NCBI RefSeq assembly: GCF_018336915.1
Contig: NZ_CP064923.1
Location: forward strand, 5,849,946-5,881,945
From: Acaryochloris marina S15
GTDB taxonomy: Bacteria > Cyanobacteriota > Cyanobacteriia > Thermosynechococcales > Thermosynechococcaceae
Direction of reading: 5' to 3'
Length of the DNA stretch: 32,000 nt
Position 1 is the first letter of the stretch. Each line of letters starts with the position of its first letter. Shown here piece by piece: positions 15,358-24,396 of the stretch. A model generated the notes under the pieces. The model did no database searches and had not been told where the DNA came from. It saw only the letters and a list, made by a program, of their open reading frames with translations. Made by a program: the position numbers and the translations under genes.

Positions 15358-16581
15358 TTAGATAGGGTGGGTATCAAAGTGACTCTGAATGGATTGAGTA
15401 CGGCGCTGTGATCGCCCATATCCACCCAGAAGTCCCATGATGCCACCCCAAATTTCCGCTAACACCATGTCAATAGGTAAGGTATGCGTTTTCAGTACGC
15501 TCCGACTTAACAGCGTGAGTTGGTATTGAAACCACCAACCGACTAATTGAATGAATTGCGATCGCATCTCGCGATCATGTAAATAAGATTTGCCCACAAA
15601 AGCCATAAAACCTAACCCCCAGCTCCAATATTGTCGACGTAATTTCGCTAGATCTGGTCGATGTTGATGAAAAACCAAATAGCTGGGCTCATAAATTAAG
15701 GGATGCCCTGCTCTCACCACACGATAAAAAATATCTAAATCTCCCCCCCCTGGCATCGGTCCACCTGTATCTAGGGCATTATCAAATCCCCCCAGCTCTA
15801 ACAACAGAGATCGACGAAAAGCCATGTTGCAACCCGCTCCAAAAATCCCTGCACCGCATGGATAAAGTGTATTTCCTGCTAGCTGTTGACCATATCGAAT
15901 TTTCTCAAACCCCCGTTGAAACCCCCCGCGTTCCTCAAATAAAATTTGGGCGGTGGAGTTTAGCTCATAGGGCAAGACCAATCCCGTAAAACCTCCTGCA
16001 TCAGGATTTTCACAAAACGCAGCAGTTAAACCCTCCAACCACAACCGATCTACCGTGACATCATCATCTAAAAAGGCTAAGAGTTCAGTCGTTGAACTCT
16101 GTAGGGCATGATTGCGGGCAAAATCAAGGCCAGGTTTGGGCTCACAGACATAACGAACTGTGGGTAAGTCGCTCACTAACTCATACGTCTGTTGATCCGA
16201 TGGGGCATTATCTACCACTAAGATGTCTAACTTAGACGAGCTTTGTTGTTGCAAAAGCAGAAGAGACCCCAAGCAGCGTTGGAGATTTTCAGTCCGATCC
16301 TTCGTACAAATTGCTACTGTCAATGATGGCAAGCTGATGGTAGAGACCGGATTGATCTGAGCATAGATCTTGTCTTGCAAAATCTTCTGTATAGTGTCTT
16401 GCCCCAACCAATTGGATACCTCTTCTGCTGACAGAGTTGTTTGGGGCGGAAACGCCTTCATTAAGAACCCCACAGGCTGATCTTGATATCGGAGGATGAG
16501 TGCCAACCCCGTATCATTCGGCCCAGTCGTTAATGTGGGCAAAGGTTCAGACACTTCTAGCTCAAGGATTGGATAGGGCAT
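15358..16581 (-). CDS. Glycosyltransferase family 2 with an N-terminal extension (paralog of 13043..14305)
   Basis: LTVAICTKDRTENLQRCLGSL, VVDNAPSDQQT, ARNHAL, DXD (FLDDDV). It shares GAG(A/C)NMAFRR..GGFD with the paralog. The ATG at 16581 overlaps the ABC gene stop by 20 nt; the track start at 16611 is TTG. Confidence 0.8.
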   Translation of the reverse strand: MPYPILELEVSEPLPTLTTGPNDTGLALILRYQDQPVGFLMKAFPPQTTLSAEEVSNWLGQDTIQKILQDKIYAQINPVSTISLPSLTVAICTKDRTENLQRCLGSLLLLQQQSSSKLDILVVDNAPSDQQTYELVSDLPTVRYVCEPKPGLDFARNHALQSSTTELLAFLDDDVTVDRLWLEGLTAAFCENPDAGGFTGLVLPYELNSTAQILFEERGGFQRGFEKIRYGQQLAGNTLYPCGAGIFGAGCNMAFRRSLLLELGGFDNALDTGGPMPGGGDLDIFYRVVRAGHPLIYEPSYLVFHQHRPDLAKLRRQYWSWGLGFMAFVGKSYLHDREMRSQFIQLVGWWFQYQLTLLSRSVLKTHTLPIDMVLAEIWGGIMGLLGGYGRSQRRTQSIQSHFDTHPI

Positions 16582-18358
16582 GATGATACTGGCGTCGATA
16601 AAGTTCTGCAAAGAGGCCTTGCTGATTTAGTAATTGAGATAGTGTTCCGCATTCCCTAATTTGGCCAGCATCCATCACCACAATTTGTTCAGCGTTTTCA
16701 ATAGTGGACAGGCGATGAGCAATCGCAATAACCGTCCGATCACGACAAAATATGTCCAGAGCCTCTTGAATTAAGGATTCAGAAAGGGTATCTAAAGCAT
16801 TTGTGGCCTCGTCTAAAATTAGAATGTCTGGATTTCTCACAATTGCTCGCGCTAGAGCAATTCGCTGGCGTTGCCCTCCAGATAGACGGATGCCTTTATC
16901 TCCGACTAATGTTTGGTAGCCATCAGGCAACTCTGCAATAAATTGATGAGCATGGGCTTGTTGAGCAGCAGCCAGAATTTCGTCTTTCGTGGCATCCAAA
17001 CGACCATAGGCAATATTGTGATAAACCGTATCACTGAACAGAAAAATATCTTGGCTCACTAAAGCGATATGGCTACGCCAATCTGCGAGATTGAGCTGAG
17101 TCAGCGGTTGGCCGTCAACCCGAATCTCTCCTGTTGTCGGGTCATAGAAGCGAAACAGCAAGTGAATCAAAGTAGACTTGCCTGCTCCAGAAGGTCCGAC
17201 TATCGCCGTAGTTTTTCCTTGGGGAATAGCAAGAGATAGGTGACTTAGGACGTTATTCTGGTCTGGGCTATAGCAAAAGCTAACCTGGTCTACTTGTATT
17301 TCATGGTTCAGACTGAAAAACGATTGATAACCAGATGGTACATAGGTTTTATTGGATTGATCGATAAAGTTTAGAACTGAATCGACTGAACTAATGAGTC
17401 CGAGTAAAGCGACATAATCATTACCAATTGCCTTAATACGTGGTTGGAGCTGGTACAAAATCAGGACAAAAATGAGCAATGTTGGTAGGCTGACCCAATT
17501 GAAAAAGAGTCCAATCACCAAAACCAATAGAACCAACATCGCACCTAATACTTCGAAGGTAGGGCTAGTGGTCATGGACAACCTATTAAGCTTCAAAAAT
17601 ACCTGACTGACTGTTTGGGAAGAATCATCAAAACGTTTCGTTTCAAAATTTTCTTGGCCAAAGCCCCGAATGGTTTGCATTCCTGCCAATCCTTCGCACA
17701 TCCTTACTGCTAGGTTGCTGTTGGCATGCAGGGCTTCCTGCCCTAGTTTTTTGACCTGTTGAGTTAACAAACGGACCAGCGTTGAAATACAGAAAAGTGC
17801 TAGGCCCACAAAGAGCGTCAATGACCAAGACAGCATCAGTAGTAGGCCGATAAAGACGATAACAGTGCAGCTACTAATTAAGATCTTGACTAATCGTTCG
17901 AGCGCATCACTAACCCGCCACGTTTCTGAGGCTAAAAGATTGAGCAAGGATCCAGATTTTTGATCCTGTAAATAACTATTGCTAACGGCCATCAATTGCC
18001 GAAAGATACTGGTTCTGAGCTGATGACTAATTTTGCTATTCAGCCAGGCAAACAAGACTAAATTGATATAGAGCAGGATATTTTTGAAGGCGATTGCCGC
18101 AAAAATACATGAGGGAATGACAACAATGCGCCACTGGGCGGATAACGGTCCAAATAATCTATTGAGCTGAGCTGGGAGGCCACTTTCTAGGGATGCTGCA
18201 CCTGAAGCGTTCATCCCTTCTAAAAAAGGGATGAATAAGCTTAATCCGAATCCTTCGGCTAAGGAAGAAGCAATGCCTAAGATAACAATGGCAGCAATAC
18301 TCAAGGGGAAAGGGCTGGCTAATTGAAATAACTGCTTAATGGCTTTCTGCTCATTCAT
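16562..18358 (-). CDS. ABC exporter, fused permease plus ATPase (MsbA/NdvA-like type I exporter half-transporter)
   Basis: N-terminal six-helix transmembrane domain. Walker A GPSGAGKST, ABC signature LSGGQRQRIALARA, Walker B ILILDEATNALD, H-loop AHRLST. There is no C39 peptidase domain. Confidence 0.92.
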   Translation of the reverse strand: MNEQKAIKQLFQLASPFPLSIAAIVILGIASSLAEGFGLSLFIPFLEGMNASGAASLESGLPAQLNRLFGPLSAQWRIVVIPSCIFAAIAFKNILLYINLVLFAWLNSKISHQLRTSIFRQLMAVSNSYLQDQKSGSLLNLLASETWRVSDALERLVKILISSCTVIVFIGLLLMLSWSLTLFVGLALFCISTLVRLLTQQVKKLGQEALHANSNLAVRMCEGLAGMQTIRGFGQENFETKRFDDSSQTVSQVFLKLNRLSMTTSPTFEVLGAMLVLLVLVIGLFFNWVSLPTLLIFVLILYQLQPRIKAIGNDYVALLGLISSVDSVLNFIDQSNKTYVPSGYQSFFSLNHEIQVDQVSFCYSPDQNNVLSHLSLAIPQGKTTAIVGPSGAGKSTLIHLLFRFYDPTTGEIRVDGQPLTQLNLADWRSHIALVSQDIFLFSDTVYHNIAYGRLDATKDEILAAAQQAHAHQFIAELPDGYQTLVGDKGIRLSGGQRQRIALARAIVRNPDILILDEATNALDTLSESLIQEALDIFCRDRTVIAIAHRLSTIENAEQIVVMDAGQIRECGTLSQLLNQQGLFAELYRRQYHHALSNP

Positions 18359-18371
18359 TGCTCAGACCCGT

Positions 18372-19628
18372 TTAGACTTGCATGGCTTCATGATCACTCG
18401 CATCATGGGCTGAAGAGATGCAGCCGTTATAAAACTCTCGGTAACTATTATGAATAGCTGATAGCCTTGCCTCCAAGAGTGTCTTGAGAGAAACAGATTG
18501 CGGAAAATGACGATCAGGACATATTTGTGAGTGAATCCATTTAATTCTCAAAGACCTCAGTAAATTTTCTGGGAATAGTTGCAGCAAAAAAACAGTGATA
18601 TAGCGTTTAATTAAAAATCGATTGTTTAGGGTGAATTGGGCAGAACTAGGAGCATTGACCTCCATAGAATGCTCGTTTGCAGACTGCTGCTGTGTGAATA
18701 GATGATAGGTAGACTGCCACAGCAGTTGGCTTACCAGGCTATAACTCCCAAATGCACATAAGGTCATTGCCCAATCTGTTTTATAAGCTTGGGAGACTGC
18801 ACTCCAAGCTTGTTGATTGCAGCCTTCATTGCAATATTTTTTACCTAGTTGCAAGGAGTCAATTGCATGACACCATTGCATCACTGTGGAATAAACCTGT
18901 GGATACTGCTCATTGATTCGCTTCAGTGCCAAAGTTTTAGAGCGATTCATGTCATCTATATTTCTAGACATACTGCCCTGTAGTTGACGGTAGCCCACTA
19001 ATAATTCAGGAACTAGCACTACTTGATACTTTTCAGAAATTCTGAGGTAAAGATCCCAATCCTCGCATCCTTGAGCCTGTTGATTTACAAAATCAGTGTT
19101 GTAGGTGCCAATATCTTCCAAGCAACTCCGACGAATGGTAGAGGCACTTGCATTCCCAACAACATTGGAGACAAGCATGATGGGAAAGATATTCCCATAG
19201 TAGGGTGAGGCTCGAATATTACTCGTCCACAGATTCTTTTGATCAATATCTGCGGACCAAGAAAAAACCATTCCTACACTTTCAGGTTCAACAACAAGGC
19301 GTTTGACTTGTTTCTCAATATTTTCTCTATGCCAAAGGTCGTCAGCATCTAGAAAAGCAATAAATTCCCCTTGAGAAACCTTGATGCCGTGATTTCGAGC
19401 GGCTGCGACACCTGCATTAGGCTGTTGGATCAGCCTAAATCGCTCATCTTGATCTATAAAGTTCTGAGCAATGGTCGCTGTCTCATCTGTGGAGCCATCA
19501 TCAATAATTAGAACTTCAAAATGACGATATGTTTGGTTAAGGAGAGATTTTAGTGTTTGTCCAATAAAAACTGCAGCATTATATGCAGGAACAATCACTG
19601 ATACGAGTGGCTGAGATATATCTCCCAT
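18372..19628 (-). CDS. Glycosyltransferase family 2 (first gene of the minus-strand operon)
   Basis: VSVIVPAYNAAVFIGQTLKSLLNQTY..FEVLIIDDGSTDET...ARNHGIKVSQGEFIAFLDADD. The track start at 19754 is TTG inside AT-rich DNA. The ATG at 19628 (MGDISQPLVSVIVPAYN) is the conventional position. Confidence 0.85.
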   Translation of the reverse strand: MGDISQPLVSVIVPAYNAAVFIGQTLKSLLNQTYRHFEVLIIDDGSTDETATIAQNFIDQDERFRLIQQPNAGVAAARNHGIKVSQGEFIAFLDADDLWHRENIEKQVKRLVVEPESVGMVFSWSADIDQKNLWTSNIRASPYYGNIFPIMLVSNVVGNASASTIRRSCLEDIGTYNTDFVNQQAQGCEDWDLYLRISEKYQVVLVPELLVGYRQLQGSMSRNIDDMNRSKTLALKRINEQYPQVYSTVMQWCHAIDSLQLGKKYCNEGCNQQAWSAVSQAYKTDWAMTLCAFGSYSLVSQLLWQSTYHLFTQQQSANEHSMEVNAPSSAQFTLNNRFLIKRYITVFLLQLFPENLLRSLRIKWIHSQICPDRHFPQSVSLKTLLEARLSAIHNSYREFYNGCISSAHDASDHEAMQV

Positions 19629-19823
19629 AATATTGTGGATATTAGATAATACTAATATTTTATCTACAGGTGCTAGAAGCAGTACGTCCTGGGAAATTGG
19701 CCCAATGTAGCTAAGGCGAAGTGCTGAGTATCTTTTGATACAAAAAGATGGCAAATCTTTATTGAGAGGTTACTTAGATCAAGCATAGAGATGAACCCAT
19801 TTGCATGTATTATTTTATAGAAT

Positions 19824-19847
19824 AATATACCATTTCTATGGTATATT
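19824..19847. repeat. Perfect 10-bp inverted repeat in the AT-rich divergent spacer
   Basis: AATATACCAT-ttct-ATGGTATATT, about 200 bp upstream of the 19628 start. It is a candidate operator between the divergent GT2 genes. Confidence 0.4.
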
Positions 19848-20406
19848 TCAAAGAAAATATCAGCAATTTAATTGAGCCTGAACTAATATAACTTGCCTTT
19901 GAATTAATCGCTAATGCGTTAATTTCCATGTAATCTTTGGATAAGTTTTGAATTTGATCAATGCTAACAAATCCTTGCTTTTTTGATGAAGCATTAATGT
20001 AGAATTGTACCTATCAGCTTTTAGTTCTTGATTGCAAAATATTGAGAAAACCAAAAACTTCTTGCTGTTTAATAGAAATTTAATATTAGTTATGAAGTTT
20101 GAAAAGTCTGGTATTATTGTCAGAAAGATTCCAATTTACATCGTATATTTGGAATAGCCAGGTAAAGAAAATTGAATTGATTCACTCGTTTGGAGAATAG
20201 TAATATCAGTCCTCTTATGGGATGGTTTGTTTTTTAGTGCTGTTTGGATTTCAGGAAAATTCTGTATGGCATTTTTTTGAAATAGTTCTAGGAAGGTTGA
20301 GTTTGATTTGTTCTGTAGCACCTGAATTTGTCTTTCAGTCCGTTAGAGCTGGATATATTTTGAAGCTAGGGCACTACCTAAAATAAGCAGCTGTCTTGAT
20401 TGTTTT

Positions 20407-21585
20407 ATGAATAATTCGCTTATTTCTGTCATTATTCCTGCGTATAATGCATCTGAATATATTGGTAGAACCTTGACCTCAGTCATTAATCAGTCCTACC
20501 AGAATTTTGAGATATTGGTGGTCGATGATGGGTCTACAGATGAGACAGCCTCCATCGCTAGCCATTTTGCTGAATTGGATTCGAGAATAATGCTGATTCA
20601 GCAAGCAAATCAAGGTGTTGCTTCTGCCCGAAATCACGGCATCAAGGTTGCTCAAGGCGAGTATATTGCACCCTTAGATGCAGATGATATTTGGCATAAG
20701 GATAATCTTAAAAAGAAATTCCAGATGTTCCTTATGCAAGAGGCATCTGTAGGTATGGTCTATTCTTGGTCTGCTGATATTGATGAACTTGGATACTTCA
20801 CGGGGCATACCCATGTTGCCAGATACTTCGGGAATGTTTTGCCTGGCTTATGTTTGTCAAATTTTATCGGTAATGCCAGTTCCACAATGATTCGCAGTAA
20901 ATGTTTCAACAACATTGGGGGATATTCAACTGAGCTTAAAGACAATAATGCCCAAGGGGCTGAAGACTGGGATCTGTATATTCGACTTGCTATTTGCTAC
21001 CAAGTACAGGTCATACCAGAAGTTTTAGTGGGCTATCGACAACTCACGAACGGCATGTCCAAGAATACTGTCGTAATGATGAAATCTCAATATCTGACGT
21101 TGAAACGTTTAAAGGACAAGCTCGCCTTTCAATGCCCTATGTTGGAGCGCAGAATTTCTAGTAGTCATTTATCTGTAATGACACGCCAATTTTATGAAGA
21201 AGAGGCTTTTGATCAAGCTTTAGCTCATTTTATTAAAGCTATATGGGGTGAGGGGTTGATAACTTTGCTCCCATTTCGAAACTGGAGGTTATTGCTGAAG
21301 ATACTTAGTAAGTTGTTCTTAGGTGGATGGCTTACTGCTAGTTCATTTGAAGAGAATGACGCTCAATCACCAAGTTTTTTGATATGTCGTCCTATAACTA
21401 AGTATCTAGATTGGATTTTTAATCTTTTTGCCGATAACAACTACACCCCAATTCAGAAATTGTCTGAACAAATTTATCCAGCAGGTCAAGAAGTGGGAGT
21501 ACTCCCTTGGCGAAACACGATACTTCTGAAGTATCAGTTCTTAAAACAGATCAATACTTTGACAGGACAAGGACTACTTTGGTAG
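20407..21585 (+). CDS. Glycosyltransferase family 2 (divergent paralog of 18372..19628)
   Basis: ISVIIPAYNASEYIGRTLTSVINQSY..FEILVVDDGSTDET...ARNHGIKVAQGEYIAPLDADD. It is colinear with the paralog over about 230 aa, including the shared motifs SVGMV(F/Y)SWSADID, GNAS, AQG.EDWDLY and VGYRQL. Confidence 0.88.
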   Translation: MNNSLISVIIPAYNASEYIGRTLTSVINQSYQNFEILVVDDGSTDETASIASHFAELDSRIMLIQQANQGVASARNHGIKVAQGEYIAPLDADDIWHKDNLKKKFQMFLMQEASVGMVYSWSADIDELGYFTGHTHVARYFGNVLPGLCLSNFIGNASSTMIRSKCFNNIGGYSTELKDNNAQGAEDWDLYIRLAICYQVQVIPEVLVGYRQLTNGMSKNTVVMMKSQYLTLKRLKDKLAFQCPMLERRISSSHLSVMTRQFYEEEAFDQALAHFIKAIWGEGLITLLPFRNWRLLLKILSKLFLGGWLTASSFEENDAQSPSFLICRPITKYLDWIFNLFADNNYTPIQKLSEQIYPAGQEVGVLPWRNTILLKYQFLKQINTLTGQGLLW

Positions 21586-21623
21586 CCAAGATTTTTGGAC
21601 TTCATCGCATCTTCAGTCGTTAG

Positions 21624-21686
21624 TTCTAGAGGTGAGAGTGTTTCTGTATGGGCATTCTAGGAATAAGGATTAAATCACCTCTAGAA
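21624..21686. repeat. 12-bp perfect inverted repeat (long stem-loop) downstream of the GT2 gene
   Basis: TTCTAGAGGTGA(21624-21635)-N39-TCACCTCTAGAA(21675-21686), followed by TATTGTTATCTT. It may be a terminator for 20407..21585 or a small palindromic element. Confidence 0.4.
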
Positions 21687-21965
21687 TATTGTTATCTTCG
21701 TGGTTCAGAAAAATCTGATGAAGTTGCAAGCATGAGATATCAGTTACCATTGTGAATTCGATGCGAATACTGATCACTTTTTAAGAGATTTGACATGAGC
21801 GACGAGACGAGGAACGCAGACTGGGACAAAGGACTTAGCAGCAAGTTGTTCTTAGATGGTTTATGGTTGCGTTTCGTTATGTTTGTTGAATCAACGCTGC
21901 GATCGCAATCGCAAACCCAACGTCGGGAGTAGGCTGGAATTAGCCTTTCACAGCAGGATGTTCTC

Positions 21966-23264
21966 GTGGGTACGGACAATCAACTCTTTAGCGATGCCAC
22001 TCACCGTTTAACCACTGCCTTAGAGCATGTGGACTTGCCCGAAGATGTTTTAGAAACTTTGAAATATCCCAAGGCTCAACTCGGGGTTTCTATTCCGGTG
22101 CGCATGGATAATGGCGAACTGAAAATCTTTCAAGGCTATCGCGTCCGCTATGACGATACTCGCGGTCCAGCTAAGGGTGGAGTTAGGTATCATCCAGGTG
22201 TTTCCATTGATGAAGTCCAGTCCCTAGCTTTTTGGATGACCTTTAAATGTGCTGCCCTAAACTTACCCTTTGGAGGTGGTAAGGGGGGCATTACGGTAGA
22301 TCCCAAAGCTCTCTCGCGGATGGAACTAGAGCGTTTAAGCCGGGGCTATATTGATGCCATTGCCGATTTTATTGGGCCTGATGTTGATATTCTGGCGCCT
22401 GATGTCTATACCAACCCGATGATTATGGGCTGGATGATGGATCAGTACAGCATTATCAAACGCCAAATTTGCCGAGGGGTGGTGACGGGGAAACCCCTGG
22501 CGATTGGTGGCAGCGTCGGCAGAAATACGGCCACGGGAATGGGAGCCTTTTTCGTGATTGAGGCGATGGGGCCCAAGCTGGAATTGATTCCTGAGCAAAC
22601 CACAGTCGCAGTCCAAGGGTTTGGAAATGCTGGCGCTGTTGTGGCTGAACTGCTAAATCAAGTGGGTTATAAAGTCGTTGCTGTTAGCGATTCACAAGGG
22701 GGGATTTATGCGCCTCAAGGTTTGGATATTGCCAGTATCCGCAAGCATAAAGAAGCCAGCCGCTCCATGAAGGCGGTCTATTGTGATGGCAGTGTCTGCA
22801 GCATTATTGAGCATGACACGATCACCAATGAAGAGCTGCTGGCGCTGGATGTAGATGTGCTGATTCCCGCAGCGTTGGAGAATCAAATTACTGCTGATAA
22901 TGCTGAGCAGATCAAAGCAAAGTATATTTTTGAGGTTGCCAATGGTCCGGTGACTTCAGCGGCGGACGCAATTTTGGTGGAGGCGGGCACGACAGTCTTC
23001 CCGGATATTTTGGTGAATGCGGGGGGAGTCACGGTCAGCTATTTTGAATGGGTACAAAATCGGAGTGGTCTCTACTGGACGGAACCAGAAGTGCAGAAGC
23101 AGCTTCAGCAAAAGATGGTGGAGGAGACGGAGACGATTTGGCAAATTGCTCAAACTAAGGAGATTTCAGTAAGGACTGCGGCCTATGTGCATGCTTTAAA
23201 TCGGATTGGGGAAGCAGTTACAGCTAAGGGAACACGGGACTATTACGCGAAGTATCAGCCATGA
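21966..23264 (+). CDS. gdhA: Glutamate dehydrogenase (Glu/Leu/Phe/Val dehydrogenase family)
   Basis: Catalytic-region signature GPAKGGVRYHP...LAFWMTFKCAALNLPFGGGKGGI and the dinucleotide fold VAVQGFGNAGA. GTG start (MGTDNQLFSDA), placed as in other small GDHs. Confidence 0.93.
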   Translation: MGTDNQLFSDATHRLTTALEHVDLPEDVLETLKYPKAQLGVSIPVRMDNGELKIFQGYRVRYDDTRGPAKGGVRYHPGVSIDEVQSLAFWMTFKCAALNLPFGGGKGGITVDPKALSRMELERLSRGYIDAIADFIGPDVDILAPDVYTNPMIMGWMMDQYSIIKRQICRGVVTGKPLAIGGSVGRNTATGMGAFFVIEAMGPKLELIPEQTTVAVQGFGNAGAVVAELLNQVGYKVVAVSDSQGGIYAPQGLDIASIRKHKEASRSMKAVYCDGSVCSIIEHDTITNEELLALDVDVLIPAALENQITADNAEQIKAKYIFEVANGPVTSAADAILVEAGTTVFPDILVNAGGVTVSYFEWVQNRSGLYWTEPEVQKQLQQKMVEETETIWQIAQTKEISVRTAAYVHALNRIGEAVTAKGTRDYYAKYQP

Positions 23265-23419
23265 TCGTTTTTGCCCCCAAAGGCAGTCTCTTATGATCCA
23301 GCTTCCAACCGCGTTTTCTAGTTGAGCGAGTGCCAGTAATATTTCCCAACAACTTTGTTGCCAACAATTTTGTTAGCAGTGCTCCCTCTTGGTTAGGCTT
23401 TACGTTATGAGCGCAACAG

Positions 23420-24274
23420 CTATTGCTCGGCATTAGCATTCTCTTCCATACCGTAAATACTGCAGTGGGGAAATGTCAGCGCAAAGCCATACCAGCGGAG
23501 AAAGTATTGTAAGGGGCGAGTGCTGTCAGCCCAAGTTGCACTGGGGGCACCATCTAGCGGGTTGAGGGATACCTGTAGCGTTTGCCCATTCCATTCATCG
23601 GTGACCTGCTGTTCAATCCCGACGTGGGGATAGAAACGAGCTATCCCATCTACTACAACCCCCAAACCCATCGTCATTCTGGGTAATCGTGGATCTTCGG
23701 CAGCCATAGTTTGGGTAAACAGCTTCGGTAAATAGCCTGTTTGCCCGAAGGTCCACTGGCCGAAGCGCATCACTCGTCGAAAAATGGGACGCTGATGCGA
23801 TCGCAAAATCCGTAACTCGGGTTCTTGCCGACGGGCCGCCGCCACAGTGGTCATTTCCAGGCTCCAAGCTTCAAGCTGAGTCCCTGCCAATGGTCCATAG
23901 ACCGCTTGCCCTGTGATGTGGTCCCAGTAGGTGCCCGTCTCATCATCCGTGAGAATGGCAACCCCGTTGTACAGTCCCCCCACCTGGAAATGATAGCGTT
24001 GCCCCTCCACTACAGGCGTTAGCCCAACACCGCTATGACAAACCCCACAAAATGAAACGATGTAAGGCTGATCCGCCAACGTTCCTTGAGCCAGATGGTG
24101 ATACGCCATTTCTTGCAATAACAGAGCGCGTCGTTGACCTTGCCGTTCAAATACAATTAGCTCAGCAGTGTCCGGTAGTCGGGTGGATGCAATGGATATC
24201 CCTGCATCAATGACCTCAAAACGCTGAAATAGGTCGGGCTGCTTTTGCAAGCGACTAGGATCGAAGTGAGACAT
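23420..24274 (-). CDS. DUF3179 domain-containing protein
   Basis: The pattern SFCGVCHSGVG...QVGGLYNGVAILTDDETGTYWDHITGQAVYGPLAGTQL matches my memory of the DUF3179 core (YCPLCG..G...GL.YN.N..MYD.ET.S.W.Q..G.A..G...G..L). ATG with an AAGGAG SD. Confidence 0.75.
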   Translation of the reverse strand: MSHFDPSRLQKQPDLFQRFEVIDAGISIASTRLPDTAELIVFERQGQRRALLLQEMAYHHLAQGTLADQPYIVSFCGVCHSGVGLTPVVEGQRYHFQVGGLYNGVAILTDDETGTYWDHITGQAVYGPLAGTQLEAWSLEMTTVAAARRQEPELRILRSHQRPIFRRVMRFGQWTFGQTGYLPKLFTQTMAAEDPRLPRMTMGLGVVVDGIARFYPHVGIEQQVTDEWNGQTLQVSLNPLDGAPSATWADSTRPLQYFLRWYGFALTFPHCSIYGMEENANAEQ

Positions 24275-24306
24275 GCTCTAACTCCTTAGCAAGAAGATGA
24301 TGACTT

Positions 24307-24326
24307 AATTAAACACTTGTTTAGTT
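24307..24326. promoter_or_regulatory. Candidate TetR operator palindrome in the divergent DUF3179/tetR intergenic region
   Basis: AATTAAACA-CT-TGTTTAGTT. The core TAAACA/TGTTTA is perfect, and the 9-bp arms have one mismatch. It lies 71 nt upstream of the tetR ATG and 33 nt upstream of the DUF3179 ATG. Confidence 0.4.
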
Positions 24327-24396
24327 AGGCTATCGCTGCTGAATGGAGCTGTCAAGTTTTACGCTAGTGCTCATGACTGTGACGAAGGATATGTGA

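Noticed and set aside
20136-20321. 61-aa minus-strand ORF in the AT-rich GT2-GT2 spacer, plus other peptide ORFs of 20 aa or less checked as possible RiPP precursors
   Set aside because: It has a GTG start and a Lys/Asn/Ser-rich composition that reflects AT-rich DNA. There is no leader or core pattern or SD, and the ABC exporter lacks a C39 peptidase domain.
21740-21979. 79-aa minus-strand ORF upstream of gdhA
   Set aside because: It overlaps the gdhA start and a HIP1 site. The sequence is Cys/Ser/Arg-rich with no motif and is probably spurious.
23300-23375. Small tandem palindromes (CAACAACTTTGTTG and CCAACAATTTTGTTAG) between the convergent gdhA and DUF3179 genes
   Set aside because: The stems are short (6 bp) and AT-rich without clear U-tracts. 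They could be weak terminators but are not supportable as features.
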